Shown piece after piece: positions 47,404 to 57,631 of a stretch of DNA of 64,000 nt; the stretch's first letter is position 1, and every line of letters starts with the position of its first letter. This stretch comes from Deltaproteobacteria bacterium (GTDB taxonomy: Bacteria > Desulfobacterota > GWC2-55-46), in NCBI GenBank assembly GCA_016234935.1, contig JACRNL010000001.1, forward strand, positions 200,679-264,678. Reading direction: 5' to 3'. A program made the position numbers and the translations under genes. Below the pieces are notes generated by a model, which worked only from the letters and a program-made list of their open reading frames with translations, had not been told where the DNA came from and made no database searches.

Positions 47404-48240
47404 TTATTCCAAACGGGTTTTAACGCTTCCCGCGCCGCCTTCGGCGCCATTATTGCCGCCGCACCTTTTAAGCGCGCCCTCAAGGGGTATTATCGAACAG
47501 GCGAGCGTTTCAAAGTTCGACAAAGGACTGACGGCCTCGTCAATTGTAAATACGCCGCTTGCCATGCGTCTCAGGTCAAACAGATGGCCGCCGCATCCGA
47601 GGGCAGCCCCCGCGTCATGGCAGATAGACCTTACGTAAGTCCCCTTGGAACACTTTACGCTGAACTCCACAAACGGCATTGATATGCCCAGTATCTCGAA
47701 GGAGTGTATCTCAATCTCCCGCGCCTCGCGCTCGACTTCAACGCCTTTTCTCGCAAGCGTGTAGAGCGGAACGCCGTGCTTTTTTATCGCCGAATACATC
47801 GGCGGGGTCTGCATCATCTTTCCGGCGAAACCCCTTAAAACTCCTCTTACGTCCGCGTCCGTAAGACTGCCAGTCTCGCCGCGCCTGACTACCTGCCCTT
47901 CTTTATCGTATGTGTCGGTATCCTCGCCGAGCTTGAGCGTTGCGGAGTAGACCTTCACTGCGCCGCCGCCAAGCGAGTCGGCGAACTTTGTCGCGCCGTT
48001 TATGACAAGGGGCAGCACCCCGGTAGCCATAGGGTCGAGCGTGCCAAGATGCCCCACCTTCTTAGCGTCGAGCGTCCTTTTTACCTTCGCCACGACATCG
48101 TGCGACGTCCATCCGGCAGGCTTATCGGCAACCAGCACCCCGCCGAAGAGGAGTTCGGGGGCATCGTCCGCCGAACCTTCGCATAAAGGGCGCGCAAGAG
48201 AGCGTCCGCGGCTCTGTTTTTTTAAAAATCCGCCATTCAT
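47404..48240 (-). CDS. truB: tRNA pseudouridine(55) synthase
   Basis: GVLVADKPAGWTSHDVV and GHLGTLDPMATGVLPL catalytic Asp motif. Confidence 0.9.
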   Translation of the reverse strand: MNGGFLKKQSRGRSLARPLCEGSADDAPELLFGGVLVADKPAGWTSHDVVAKVKRTLDAKKVGHLGTLDPMATGVLPLVINGATKFADSLGGGAVKVYSATLKLGEDTDTYDKEGQVVRRGETGSLTDADVRGVLRGFAGKMMQTPPMYSAIKKHGVPLYTLARKGVEVEREAREIEIHSFEILGISMPFVEFSVKCSKGTYVRSICHDAGAALGCGGHLFDLRRMASGVFTIDEAVSPLSNFETLACSIIPLEGALKRCGGNNGAEGGAGSVKTRLE

Positions 48241-48244
48241 ACGG

Positions 48245-49276
48245 TTACATCATGGCCTTTGGCGGCCTTGCGCCGGCCCCGGTGACCGCGGCCTCCATGA
48301 TCTTTTCCTTAAGAACCGAAATTATTTCGGCCTTTACCTCTTCAAGAGATCCCTTCATACTGCATCCGGCGGCGTTGGCGTGCCCTCCTCCGTCAAACAG
48401 CTGCGAAACAGCGGACACGTCCACACCGCCCTTGGCGCGCATGCTCACCTTGTAGCCGCCAGGCCCGGTCTCGCGGAAAAGCAGGCCAACTGCGACCCCT
48501 TCGATGCCCCTTGCGTAATTCACGAAACCGTCGGCATGGTCTTTGTCCGCGCCGGTCTGCCTGAACATCTCCTGCGTCACGGTGACCATGGCGATGGCGT
48601 TGTCCGGCCCGGCGCCGTCCACCTTCATAACCTCAAGCGTAGCGAGCACCAGGCCGAGAAGCTTATATCTTTTCGCCGGATAATTCTCGTAGACGCGCAT
48701 GGATACGTCCCAGGGGCTTGCGCCAAGCCTTACGAGCTCTCCTGCCTTGATAAACGCCTCTGGCGTGGCGCTGGAATATCTGAACGAACCCGTGTCCGTA
48801 AGGATCGCCACATACAGGTTTGTTGCTATCTCTTTCGTAATGACCGCGCCGGCGGCCTTGCAAAAATCATAAACAACCTCGCCCGCGGAACTTGCGTCCG
48901 GCACGACCACGTTTACGTCGCCGAAACGGTCATTCGTGACGTGGTGGTCCAGATTTATTATAATGCCCGGCTCCTTCAGGGCGATAAAGCCCTTGCCGAG
49001 CCTGTCCTTCTGTCCGCAGTCAACGGCGAATGTAACGTCAAAGCCGCTCGCGCCTGCAAGGCTGTGCGTGACAGTGCCGGCTCCCGGCAAAAACCTGAAG
49101 ATGTCAGGCACCGGGTCTTCCAGATACGCCGTGACGTCCTTGCCAAGCCCCTTCAGGGCAAGGGCCATGCCGATAAGCGAGCCTACCGCGTCGCCCTCAG
49201 GATTTACATGGGAAACGACGAGAAAGCGTTTTGCCTTTTTAACCTTTTCTATTACCGCATCAAAGCGAGAGTCCAT
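48245..49276 (-). CDS. nrnA: DHH/DHHA1 phosphoesterase (NrnA-like oligoribonuclease / pAp phosphatase)
   Basis: HVNPEGDAVGS and DHH motif, with a GGGH DHHA1 motif. Start trimmed; the upstream 34 codons are a family-D repeat. Confidence 0.8.
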   Translation of the reverse strand: MDSRFDAVIEKVKKAKRFLVVSHVNPEGDAVGSLIGMALALKGLGKDVTAYLEDPVPDIFRFLPGAGTVTHSLAGASGFDVTFAVDCGQKDRLGKGFIALKEPGIIINLDHHVTNDRFGDVNVVVPDASSAGEVVYDFCKAAGAVITKEIATNLYVAILTDTGSFRYSSATPEAFIKAGELVRLGASPWDVSMRVYENYPAKRYKLLGLVLATLEVMKVDGAGPDNAIAMVTVTQEMFRQTGADKDHADGFVNYARGIEGVAVGLLFRETGPGGYKVSMRAKGGVDVSAVSQLFDGGGHANAAGCSMKGSLEEVKAEIISVLKEKIMEAAVTGAGARPPKAMM

Positions 49277-49310
49277 TTTCAGATGTCCTGTCGGAATGCC
49301 CCCTGCCTTA

Positions 49311-49346
49311 TCTCCTCCCCCTTCACGGGGGAGGGCAGGGTGGGGG
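49311..49346. repeat. Repeat family D (CTCCTCCCCCTTCACGGGGGAGGGCAGGGTGGGGGT)
   Basis: Reverse-complement copy at 5296-5340. Diverged relatives at 5240-5275, 22371-22420 and 56547-56580. Confidence 0.7.
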
Positions 49347-49374
49347 TTTCTGTTGGCCGGCCGTTCATTCGGCG

Positions 49375-49728
49375 TCATCCTTTTTTTATCTCATTCAGTA
49401 TCCTGCCGATATGGTCTGAATATTCAAGAGATTCATCATAAAAAAAAGTGACGTTGGGAATATGCCTCAGGTCAAGGCGTTTAGCGAGGCTCCTTCTGAT
49501 GTAGCCGCTTGCGTGATTCAATCCTTCACGGCTTTTTTCTATATCTTCGGCGCTGCCTATCTGGCTGAAATAGACCTTCGCCTCCTTGATGTCAGGGCTC
49601 ATCCTTACGTGAGTTATCGTGACAAAACCGATGCGCGGATCTTTGATGTCTCCGTGGAGGATAATCGAGGCTATCTCTTTTTTTACAAGGTCTCCGACCC
49701 TGTCCGAGCGCTTGTATGTATTAGCCAT
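49375..49728 (-). CDS. rbfA: Ribosome-binding factor A
   Basis: RVGDLVKKEIASII...PRIGFVTITHVRMSPD signature. Confidence 0.9.
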   Translation of the reverse strand: MANTYKRSDRVGDLVKKEIASIILHGDIKDPRIGFVTITHVRMSPDIKEAKVYFSQIGSAEDIEKSREGLNHASGYIRRSLAKRLDLRHIPNVTFFYDESLEYSDHIGRILNEIKKG

Positions 49729-49782
49729 GCTGTTGCCCGTTGCCTGATGCCGGTTATCGCCCTTCAAGGAGCTGATAACACT

Positions 49783-50070
49783 TTAACAATTAATCAGCTC
49801 CATCCGGCGGTCTATTATCTCCGCCGTATACAGGCTCTCTATGAAAAAAACAGTCTTGTCTATCGCCGAATTTACGAACGCGCCGTCTGTGCCGACGGCG
49901 GCAATGCCAATCGTCGCCCTCTGCCACATATCGTTGTCGCCGACCTCCGATATCGAGACGTTGAAGCGGCCTTTGACCTTTTCCATGATGCTCTTCAAGA
50001 CCTGCCTCTTCTCCTTGAGGGAATGACTGTCATGGATAGCAAGCGTTATTCGAACAATGCCGATTACCAT
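49783..50070 (-). CDS. DUF503 (YlxP-like) protein
   Basis: 95 aa. Conserved infB-ylxP-rbfA position. Confidence 0.7.
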   Translation of the reverse strand: MVIGIVRITLAIHDSHSLKEKRQVLKSIMEKVKGRFNVSISEVGDNDMWQRATIGIAAVGTDGAFVNSAIDKTVFFIESLYTAEIIDRRMELINC

Positions 50071-50130
50071 AAAGAAGTCGCCTGTTGCAGGTCAAGACGG
50101 AAATGAACGGAGATTTATCATTTAATTTGC

Positions 50131-52545
50131 TTACAGCTTTGCCGCCTCTTCCTTCACCGTGTACAGCTCGATAACGTCGCCGACCTTGATGTCGTTGTAG
50201 CCCTCGATGCTCATGCCGCACTCGTAGCCTGTGGCCACCTCTTTGGCGTCGTCTTTGAACCTCTTCAAGGATGAAAGCTTGCCGTCATAAATGACGACGT
50301 TGCTCCTTATGAGGCGCACACTCGCGCCCCTTAACGCCTTTCCGTCGGTAACGTAGCATCCGGCAATGGTGCCGACCTTGCTGACGCGAAAGACCTCTCG
50401 TATCTCGGCATGTCCGGCTATCTCTTCCCTGACTATCGGCGCAAGAAGACCTTCCATCGCGTTCTTGATATCGTCGGCAAGGTTGTAGATTATGTTGTAG
50501 AGCCTAACGTCAACGCTTTCCGCGTCGGCAAGCGCCTGCGCCTTGGACTCCGGACGCACGTTAAAGCCTATTATTATGGCGCTGGACGCCGCGGCCAGCA
50601 TGACGTCGCCCTCGCTTATGCCGCCGACGCCGCTGTGCAGGAGCTTGAGCTTGACGTTCTCGGAATGTATCTTGCCGAGCGTTTCGTTTATTGCCTCAAG
50701 CGAGCCGTTCACGTCGGCCTTTACGATGAGATTCAGCTCTTTGACCTCGCCCTTGCTTATCTTGTCATATAAGGCCTCAAGGGTTACCTTGGCCGTCTTC
50801 ATGCGGTCTTTCTCGATGCTCTTTTTCTGCCTGATACCCGCTATCTGCTTCGCGGTCACTTCGTCCTTGACCACCGAGAAGGCGTCTCCGGCCTGAGGGA
50901 CCCCTGAAAGGCCCAGTATTTCGATGGGCATTGACGGGCCGGCCTCTTCTATCCTCTTGCCCCAATCGCTGATCATCGCGCGAACCCTGCCGGAGTGGAT
51001 GCCGGTCACGAAGGCGTCTCCTACTCTGAGCGTCCCGTTCTGGATAAGCACCGTCGCCACCGGGCCTCTGCCCTTGTCGAGCTTTGCCTCTACTATGACG
51101 CCCCTTGCCGGGGCGCCCAGGTTCGCCTTTAATTCAAGCACCTCGGCCTGCAGGAGGATCATCTCAAGCAGTTCTTTTATATGTATGCCCTTTTTGGCGG
51201 ATACCTCGTCGTATATCGTGCCGCCGCCCCATTCCTCAGGCTGCAGGCCGTAGCCCGTAAGCTCGTTTTTAACGCGCTTTGCGTCCGCGCCGGGCAGGTC
51301 TATCTTATTGATGGCCACTATGATCGGAACGTTCGCGGCCTTTGCGTGGTTGATGGCTTCGATAGTCTGCGGCTTCACGCCGTCGTCAGCCGCCACGACG
51401 AGGACGACGATGTCGGTTGCCTTCGCGCCCCTGGCCCTCATGGACGTGAACGCCTCGTGTCCCGGCGTGTCGAGGAAGGTGACGTCTCCCTTTTCAAGGT
51501 GCACGTGGTACGCGCCGATGTGCTGCGTGATGCCTCCGGCCTCGCCGCCCACGACATTAGTCTTTCTTATGGCGTCAAGCAGCGACGTCTTGCCGTGGTC
51601 AACGTGCCCCATGACCGTGACGACCGGCGCGCGGGGAGTCAAATTGGCCGCAGCCTCCTCGGAAGACACGCCCTGCTCGATAAGGGAATCCTCCGGCACC
51701 GCGACGCTTTCGACCTCAAAACCGTAGTCCGACGCCACGAGCGAAACGGCGTCAGCGTCTATCAGCTGGTTGACGTTAGCCATGATTCCAAGCGTCATGA
51801 GCTTCTTGATTATGTCTCCGGCCTTGACGCCGAGTCTCTGTGAAAGGTCTCCTACGCTGATGGCGTCTACTATCCTTATGACCCTTTTGGCCGCCTTAAG
51901 GACGGTTATCTCTGTTTTCTTTAATGGACGCGCCTGAACCGCCTGAGCCGCGGCCCTTCTCTGCGCATTATCCTTTGTCTGAAAGTGCCTGTCTTTCTTG
52001 GTGGGGCGCTTGGCGGTATAGAACTTTTTAAGCTCCGGCTCTTTTTCGAATACTTTTATTTCTTTCTTGGATACGGCTGCTTTTTCACCTTCAACCGGCT
52101 TGACCTCGGAAGGCTTTTGCGCCTTTTCCTCAATCCGGGCCTCGGCCTTAGGGGCCTGGACAAAAGGCTGCTGAGCAATCGGCGCTTCGGCTTCGACTTC
52201 TGCCTCTGCCTCTTCAATGAACGGCAGTCCAGCCTCTGACTTTTTTCCACCCCTTGGCGCAGGTCTGCCTTTACCCTTTACAAGCGGCTTTTTGGCCTCT
52301 TTTTTCTCACCTGCGGCTGCGGCCTTCGCGGCTCCCCTATGGACAGGCCTTTCCTCTGCGGCCGGAGGAGTTACGGGCGGCGCCTTTACTTCGGGCGCTG
52401 CTTCGGGCTTTACCTCAAGCTTTACCTCAGGAACGGGCGCAGGCGCTGTCCTTCTCCTTATGACCGTGGACTTGACCCTCTTTTCCTCTACCGGTCCCTT
52501 TGCCGGGCCCTTTTCATCTTTCTTATCTTTTTCGTTAGTCGCCAT
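50131..52545 (-). CDS. infB: Translation initiation factor IF-2
   Basis: GTP-binding G-domain ([21 protein letters not shown]). C-terminal beta-barrels. Charged Ala/Lys/Glu-rich N-terminal region. Confidence 0.95.
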   Translation of the reverse strand: MATNEKDKKDEKGPAKGPVEEKRVKSTVIRRRTAPAPVPEVKLEVKPEAAPEVKAPPVTPPAAEERPVHRGAAKAAAAGEKKEAKKPLVKGKGRPAPRGGKKSEAGLPFIEEAEAEVEAEAPIAQQPFVQAPKAEARIEEKAQKPSEVKPVEGEKAAVSKKEIKVFEKEPELKKFYTAKRPTKKDRHFQTKDNAQRRAAAQAVQARPLKKTEITVLKAAKRVIRIVDAISVGDLSQRLGVKAGDIIKKLMTLGIMANVNQLIDADAVSLVASDYGFEVESVAVPEDSLIEQGVSSEEAAANLTPRAPVVTVMGHVDHGKTSLLDAIRKTNVVGGEAGGITQHIGAYHVHLEKGDVTFLDTPGHEAFTSMRARGAKATDIVVLVVAADDGVKPQTIEAINHAKAANVPIIVAINKIDLPGADAKRVKNELTGYGLQPEEWGGGTIYDEVSAKKGIHIKELLEMILLQAEVLELKANLGAPARGVIVEAKLDKGRGPVATVLIQNGTLRVGDAFVTGIHSGRVRAMISDWGKRIEEAGPSMPIEILGLSGVPQAGDAFSVVKDEVTAKQIAGIRQKKSIEKDRMKTAKVTLEALYDKISKGEVKELNLIVKADVNGSLEAINETLGKIHSENVKLKLLHSGVGGISEGDVMLAAASSAIIIGFNVRPESKAQALADAESVDVRLYNIIYNLADDIKNAMEGLLAPIVREEIAGHAEIREVFRVSKVGTIAGCYVTDGKALRGASVRLIRSNVVIYDGKLSSLKRFKDDAKEVATGYECGMSIEGYNDIKVGDVIELYTVKEEAAKL

Positions 52546-52826
52546 TAAGTTTTATTTGCCGCCTGCCCTATGGTTAAATGTTTTAAAACCTGATCCAAAA
52601 ACTCTTCAAGAGGCATAAGCGAAACATTGCGCTTCAATGCCCTTGAGAACTGTTCCTTTTTCTTATAAGCATTCCTTACGCACGAGAGCCGGGGGCACAG
52701 ATACGCTCCCCTGCCGGGCAAAATCCCTTTTACATCCGCCGTGAGCACGCCTCCAGGCGCCGCGAGCCGGACAAGATCTTTTTTATCGCTAACCTTTCTG
52801 CATGAAAGACATGTCCTTGAGGGCAT
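52545..52826 (-). CDS. YlxR/DUF448 family protein (RnpM-like)
   Basis: [18 protein letters not shown]...GRGAYLCP signature between nusA and infB. Start may instead be the upstream ATG at 52928. Confidence 0.7.
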   Translation of the reverse strand: MPSRTCLSCRKVSDKKDLVRLAAPGGVLTADVKGILPGRGAYLCPRLSCVRNAYKKKEQFSRALKRNVSLMPLEEFLDQVLKHLTIGQAANKT

Positions 52827-52854
52827 CTTCCGTTTACCGGCGCGCGCAATTGGA

Positions 52855-54033
52855 TTATTCCTTGCCTTCGGCCTCTTCTCCCTTATCTTCGGCGGCCTCC
52901 TCTGCGGCCCTGGCCTTTTCAAGGGCATCCCTCGCGTCGGCGGCCTCTACCTCCTTGCGAAGGGCCTCGTCCGGCGACAGCGCTCCTCCTTCCTTTGCGG
53001 CCTTTGACTCAGTCTCCGTGTGTATGTCTATCTTCCATCCTGTAAGTTTTGCCGCGAGCCTGACGTTCTGCCCCTTCTTCCCGATGGCAAGCGAGAGCTG
53101 ATCGTCCGGGACGATAACTTCCATTGCGTGGGCCTGATCGTCCACAATGACCCTTGATATCTGCGCCGGTGAAAGGGTATTTTTAACAAAAACGGCGGAC
53201 TCGCTCGACCAATGGATGATGTCTATCTTTTCACCCTTGAGTTCCTGCACAACCGCCTGCACCCTTGATCCCTTCACGCCGACGCACGCGCCCACCGGAT
53301 CAACGTCCGTGTTGTGCGACACCACGGCAATCTTGGCCCTGTCTCCCGGCTCCCTTGCCGCGCCCTTTATCTCGACTATGCCTTCATAGACCTCCGGGAC
53401 TTCCATATGAAAGAGCTTCATGAGAAAGCCCGGATGCGTCCTTGATAATATTACCTGCGGCCCCTTGGCCTCGCTCCTGACGTCGAGCACCATGCCCCTT
53501 ATGCGCTCTCCCTGACGGTATCCCTCGCGCCTTACCTGTTCCTTCTTGGGTAAAAGGGCCTCTGTCCTGCCCAGGTCCACGATGATGTCGCCCTTTTCAA
53601 ACCTGTGGACGATGCCGGTGATTATCTCGCCCTTTTTCGAGCTGTATTCCTTGAAGATGATATTGCGTTCCGCTTCCCTGACCTTCTGGATGATTATCTG
53701 CTTGGCGGTCTGAGCGTCTATGCGGCCAAACTCTTTCGCGTCCAGCTTCACGCCGATGCTGTCGCCGAGCGCGACCTCCGGGTCAAGCGCCCTGGCGTCA
53801 TCAAAGGATATTTCGTGGTCGGCGTCGCCGGGTTCTTCGACGACCGCTTTAAACAAGAACAGCTCTATCTCGCCGGACTCTTCGTTAAAATGCGCCTCTA
53901 TCTCCTTGTTCGCGCCGAAACGCTTTTCCGCGGCCTTGAGCATGGCGGTTTCAAGGGCGTCTATAAGGACATGCCTGTCTATCCCCTTGTCCTTTCCGAC
54001 CTGTTCGATTATATTCGTCAGATTAACCGACAT
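52855..54033 (-). CDS. nusA: Transcription termination/antitermination factor NusA
   Basis: N-terminal domain, S1 domain and two KH domains. Start trimmed to [11 protein letters not shown]. Confidence 0.95.
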   Translation of the reverse strand: MSVNLTNIIEQVGKDKGIDRHVLIDALETAMLKAAEKRFGANKEIEAHFNEESGEIELFLFKAVVEEPGDADHEISFDDARALDPEVALGDSIGVKLDAKEFGRIDAQTAKQIIIQKVREAERNIIFKEYSSKKGEIITGIVHRFEKGDIIVDLGRTEALLPKKEQVRREGYRQGERIRGMVLDVRSEAKGPQVILSRTHPGFLMKLFHMEVPEVYEGIVEIKGAAREPGDRAKIAVVSHNTDVDPVGACVGVKGSRVQAVVQELKGEKIDIIHWSSESAVFVKNTLSPAQISRVIVDDQAHAMEVIVPDDQLSLAIGKKGQNVRLAAKLTGWKIDIHTETESKAAKEGGALSPDEALRKEVEAADARDALEKARAAEEAAEDKGEEAEGKE

Positions 54034-54145
54034 ATTCACTTCCTCCAAAACGTTTTGCGCTTCAGGCGCATGGAATGTATTTGCAATTAAATTAAAAAAC
54101 ACGGCTGGACTGCAAGCAGCGGCACTCGCCGGCCGGCGCCTGTTT

Positions 54146-54613
54146 TTAAAATTCTATAATGAGATTTGCCTTATCGATATCCGGCAGGTTCAGCCTGAAA
54201 CTTTTTCCGTCAAAGTCTTCTATGAGAAGAACTCCGCCCTCGACTCCCTTTATAACCGCACTGAAGTTGCGCCTGCCGTCTATCGGCGTCTTTGTCCTTA
54301 TCTTCGCCCTCTTGCCGGCGAAGCGGATAAAATCCTTTTCCTTTATAAGAGGCCTGTCAAGCCCTGGGGAGGATACTTCAAGGACATATCTTGCCGCCGG
54401 CATGACTTCTTCTACGTCAAGGATGGTGCCAAACTCCCTGCTGACGCTTGAGCAGTCGTCTATGGTGACGCCGCCGGGCTTGTCTATGAAGATCCTTAAT
54501 ATCTTCCTGCCGTGCTCGCTAACAAACCCGATATCCACGAGCTCCATGCCCAATGATAAAAGGAACGGTTCGGCTATCGCGCGTAATTTGTCTTCCAGAC
54601 CTTCGGCCTTCAA
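54146..54613 (-). CDS. rimP: Ribosome maturation factor RimP
   Basis: [18 protein letters not shown]-terminal signature. First gene of the rimP-nusA-infB operon. Confidence 0.9.
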   Translation of the reverse strand: MKAEGLEDKLRAIAEPFLLSLGMELVDIGFVSEHGRKILRIFIDKPGGVTIDDCSSVSREFGTILDVEEVMPAARYVLEVSSPGLDRPLIKEKDFIRFAGKRAKIRTKTPIDGRRNFSAVIKGVEGGVLLIEDFDGKSFRLNLPDIDKANLIIEF

Positions 54614-54790
54614 AACGTCTCCAGAAATTCCCCTTGAATGTGTTCAACCCCCTGAGGGGGCTCAGCCCCTTGAAGGGGGTCACCCCCCGCATCGCGGGCT
54701 TGCTGTGCAAAGAAACAACTCTTTGCGCGCTGTCTATGACCGGCTTTTTTCACGTCCGCCGCGTCCTGTCGTAGGCCCGGCCCTTAGAAA

Positions 54791-54813
54791 CAAAAAAGTG
54801 GGCTTCAGCCCAC
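54791..54813 (-). terminator. Intrinsic terminator / attenuator in the leader upstream of rimP-nusA-infB
   Basis: Hairpin gtgggcttcagcccac, followed on the minus strand by TTTTTTG. About 180 nt upstream of the rimP start. No coding gene upstream on that strand. Confidence 0.5.
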
Positions 54814-55093
54814 TTTCTCAGGACTGGGCGCAGGGGTTTTATCCCCGCACGGCCCTGATTAGTCTAAATTTAACACACAAAAAATATTATGGCAAGCGCA
54901 AAATGCGCCTGCCGACGTCAAATATAAGGAAACGGAAGCGGTTTAAAGAATTAACGTTTTTTGGCCGCCTGCGGCGGGGCAAAGCCTAATGGTGCGTCAT
55001 TTAAGACTTTAGCGCGCGCAGCGCCCTTTTTTTTCAAAAAAGGCAAGCGTGCCTCTTGTGCAATTGAAATCTTACGCTATACTTTTCACGACC

Positions 55094-55819
55094 ATGAAAA
55101 AAGGCCCGGTTAAATTAATCCAAGCCGCCCTGACGGAAAGGCTTCACATGGACCCGCGCAAAAATCCTGTGCGCGTCGCTGTCGAAGACAACTGCGTGGT
55201 CATGGAGGGCGTTGTTGACGGCATCGCCCTGAAAAAAAGGGCGCTCCTTATCGCCATGAGCATGAAAGACGTGGAGGGCGTCATTGACCGGCTCAAGGTC
55301 AGGCCGTCCATGAACATGACCGACGCCGAGATACAGGCGCACATATACAACGCGTTTGCCGAGGATCCCGCCCTTGCATGTTTGAAGGTTGAAACCGCCG
55401 GCGCGGTGGTTGACCTTGAAGGCACGGTCACTTCACTTACGCACAAGCGTCTTGCCGGCACGCTCGCGTGGTGGGTGCCCGGGGTCGCCGACGTTATAAA
55501 CTCCATCGAGGTCGTCCCTCCTGAAGAGGACTCCGATGACGAGGTCGTGGACGCCGTAAAACTCGTCCTTGAAAAAGACCCCATCGTTCACCTCGGCTCA
55601 ATTAATGTGTCCGCGGCCAACTGGATAGTCACCTTAAGCGGCGCAGCCCCCGGCGAAACGGAAAAAATCGCCGCCGAGGAGGATGCGCTGTATGTCTGGG
55701 GCGTAAACGAGGTCGTAAACGCAATCGCCGTGCTCAGGCCCGCCGCCCGGCCCGCGGCGAAAGAAATATTCCCCGCGCGCCCCTACCGTCCGCACCGTCT
55801 GCCTTTAAAAAAACCTTGA
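55094..55819 (+). CDS. BON domain-containing protein (OsmY-like, three BON repeats)
   Basis: Repeated pattern V.V.V.DG.V.L.G.V...K..A......V.GV..V.N.I.V. No clear signal peptide. Start trimmed to MKKGPV. Confidence 0.6.
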   Translation: MKKGPVKLIQAALTERLHMDPRKNPVRVAVEDNCVVMEGVVDGIALKKRALLIAMSMKDVEGVIDRLKVRPSMNMTDAEIQAHIYNAFAEDPALACLKVETAGAVVDLEGTVTSLTHKRLAGTLAWWVPGVADVINSIEVVPPEEDSDDEVVDAVKLVLEKDPIVHLGSINVSAANWIVTLSGAAPGETEKIAAEEDALYVWGVNEVVNAIAVLRPAARPAAKEIFPARPYRPHRLPLKKP

Positions 55820-55923
55820 CCAATCCCTCGCGCCCAGTTAAATTATCAAATAAATTATCAAATTATCCCTGCGCTTGAATCCGTTTTTGCGCGGCAATAA
55901 AAATATCGTTTCACGGGAGCGGT

Positions 55924-56484
55924 TTGCCGATGAAGATTGAAAGAATAAAAAAGATAGCCATCAAAAAGGTGGCACCCGAACTGAAGAGCCACAACGGCCT
56001 GTTCGGCGAAGGATGCACCGGAAGCCGCTGCGGCGACGAATGCTGCCAGTGGGGCTGCGACGTTGACCTTGCCACTTTAGACCTCATCATGAAGCACAGA
56101 GACCTCGTCGAGCCGCTTGTAGGCAGGAAGATAGAAAAATGTTTTAAGACCGAACTCGTCAAGGACGACGACTACATAGGCGGCGCGTTCCGCGAGACCG
56201 TCGTAAGAAAAGCGGACAAACGATGCGCCTTCCATTTAACGGGCGGCACAAGGGGCTGTTCCCTTTTTTTCCTATGGGCGGCAAAAGGCATCTCAAAGAG
56301 GATCGTTCCGACCATCTGCCGGGTCTACCCCATCACATGGCACAGGGGCAGGCTTTTCCTGGACTCTCCCATCATCGAGACCTGCAAATGCCTCGACAAG
56401 CCGCCCACAGGCAAAAAACCCCCTTCCCTCCTCCAGACTCAGAGGAAGGAGGTAAGGGCGCTGTTTAACATAAAGGAAAAGTAA
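55924..56484 (+). CDS. Cysteine-cluster protein, YkgJ-like (PF03692-like zinc/iron-chelating domain)
   Basis: CTGSRCGDECCQWGC cluster followed by RCAFHL...GCSLFF...ICRVYPITW, as in the C..CG.CC...C.FL...C.IY..RP..CR.YP family. Confidence 0.45.
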   Translation: MPMKIERIKKIAIKKVAPELKSHNGLFGEGCTGSRCGDECCQWGCDVDLATLDLIMKHRDLVEPLVGRKIEKCFKTELVKDDDYIGGAFRETVVRKADKRCAFHLTGGTRGCSLFFLWAAKGISKRIVPTICRVYPITWHRGRLFLDSPIIETCKCLDKPPTGKKPPSLLQTQRKEVRALFNIKEK

Positions 56485-56640
56485 AGGCAAGACAGGCAGA
56501 TACTCTCTTCCTTCTGCCCTCGCATGTTCCCCGATAGAAACATTCGAGGGCAGGCTATAGCGGGGGTTGGGGTGGGGGTATCTATAAATCATAACTGATC
56601 GCAACTCTGAAAAAAAGCTCTCCTGTCAATGGGAGGGTAT

Positions 56641-57297
56641 TCACTTCTTCTCCAGATGCTTCTTGAACCACTTCGCGGCATGGCCTGAGACCTGTTCAAG
56701 GGTTCCGGGCTCTTCAAAGAGGTGGGACGCGCCCGGCACGATAACAAGATCCTTTTCGCATTTTAAAAGCTCAAAGGACGACCGGTTAAGCTCTATGACG
56801 ATGTCGTCGTGGCCGCCCACGATAAAGAGCGTCGGGGCCTTCACCCTGCCGAGGTATTCATTGGCGAGGTCCACCCTTCCCCCGCGCGAGACTATCGCGC
56901 CGATCTTCGTTTTTACATTTACCGAGGCCGCAAGCGCCGCCGCCGCGCCCGTGGAGGCGCCAAAGTAGCCTATGCGGAGTTTTTTAGTCCGTTCGTCGTC
57001 CATGAGCCAACCGGTTGCGGATTCAAGCCTCTTGATAAGCAGGGTGATGTTGAAACGGGTCTGATAATCCGCATCCTCTTCTTTCGTGAGCAGGTCCATC
57101 AGCAGCGTGCCAAGCCCGGCCTTGCGAAGCTCGCCGGCGACGTAGTTGTTCCTTGGACTGAGCCTGCTGGAGCCGCTGCCGTGGACGAAAAGGACGACCC
57201 CCCTCGCGTCCGGCGGCACGCCGAGCGCGCCTTCGAGCGTGATTCCTGCTCCGGCGTCTATCGCTACAATCTCCTCTTCCCTGGTTAGAAGTTTCAT
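56641..57297 (-). CDS. Alpha/beta hydrolase (dienelactone hydrolase family)
   Basis: GVVLFVHGSGSSR, nucleophile elbow GASTGAAAAL, and GGHDD/H catalytic residues. Confidence 0.75.
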   Translation of the reverse strand: MKLLTREEEIVAIDAGAGITLEGALGVPPDARGVVLFVHGSGSSRLSPRNNYVAGELRKAGLGTLLMDLLTKEEDADYQTRFNITLLIKRLESATGWLMDDERTKKLRIGYFGASTGAAAALAASVNVKTKIGAIVSRGGRVDLANEYLGRVKAPTLFIVGGHDDIVIELNRSSFELLKCEKDLVIVPGASHLFEEPGTLEQVSGHAAKWFKKHLEKK

Positions 57298-57373
57298 GTT
57301 TTTTACCCCTCAGAAAAGAACGCGGAGCGCGGTTTTTCAGCCTGATGCCAAAATCCCTTGCCCCGCTAAAGAG

Positions 57374-57487
57374 CTACTTTTTCTTGCAACCGCACTCGGC
57401 CGCTTTTTTGTTGCACCCGCTGCACACCCCGTTTTTGATTGCCGCGCCGCACTTCGCGCAAGGCGAACATCCGCACGTCTGACACAT
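57374..57487 (-). CDS. Unannotated 37-aa cysteine-rich small protein (metallothionein-like)
   Basis: MCQTCGCSPCAKCGAAIKNGVCSGCNKKAAECGCKKK, 9 Cys in 37 residues. Strong Shine-Dalgarno GGAGGTG 5 nt upstream of the ATG. A hairpin with a T-rich tract lies downstream. Below the 60-aa cutoff of the ORF track. Confidence 0.45.
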   Translation of the reverse strand: MCQTCGCSPCAKCGAAIKNGVCSGCNKKAAECGCKKK

Positions 57488-57631
57488 ATAATCACCTCCT
57501 CGATTACGGGAGATTACCTCCCTGTTTTAAAGGTCATCCATATGCCAAGTATGCCCCCTGAAACGCGGTTGTCAAGACGCGATACGGCCGCCACGCGCAA
57601 CGCCGCTCTTTCGTTTTTTCCATCAGCCCAT

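Noticed and set aside
47124-47483. 119-aa minus-strand ORF between rpsO and truB
   Set aside because: It overlaps the truB 5' end and a family-A repeat (GLSPFKGLNPFK). No homology.
48002-49441. 479-aa plus-strand ORF antisense to truB/nrnA
   Set aside because: Same reasoning: no motifs, opposite to conserved genes.
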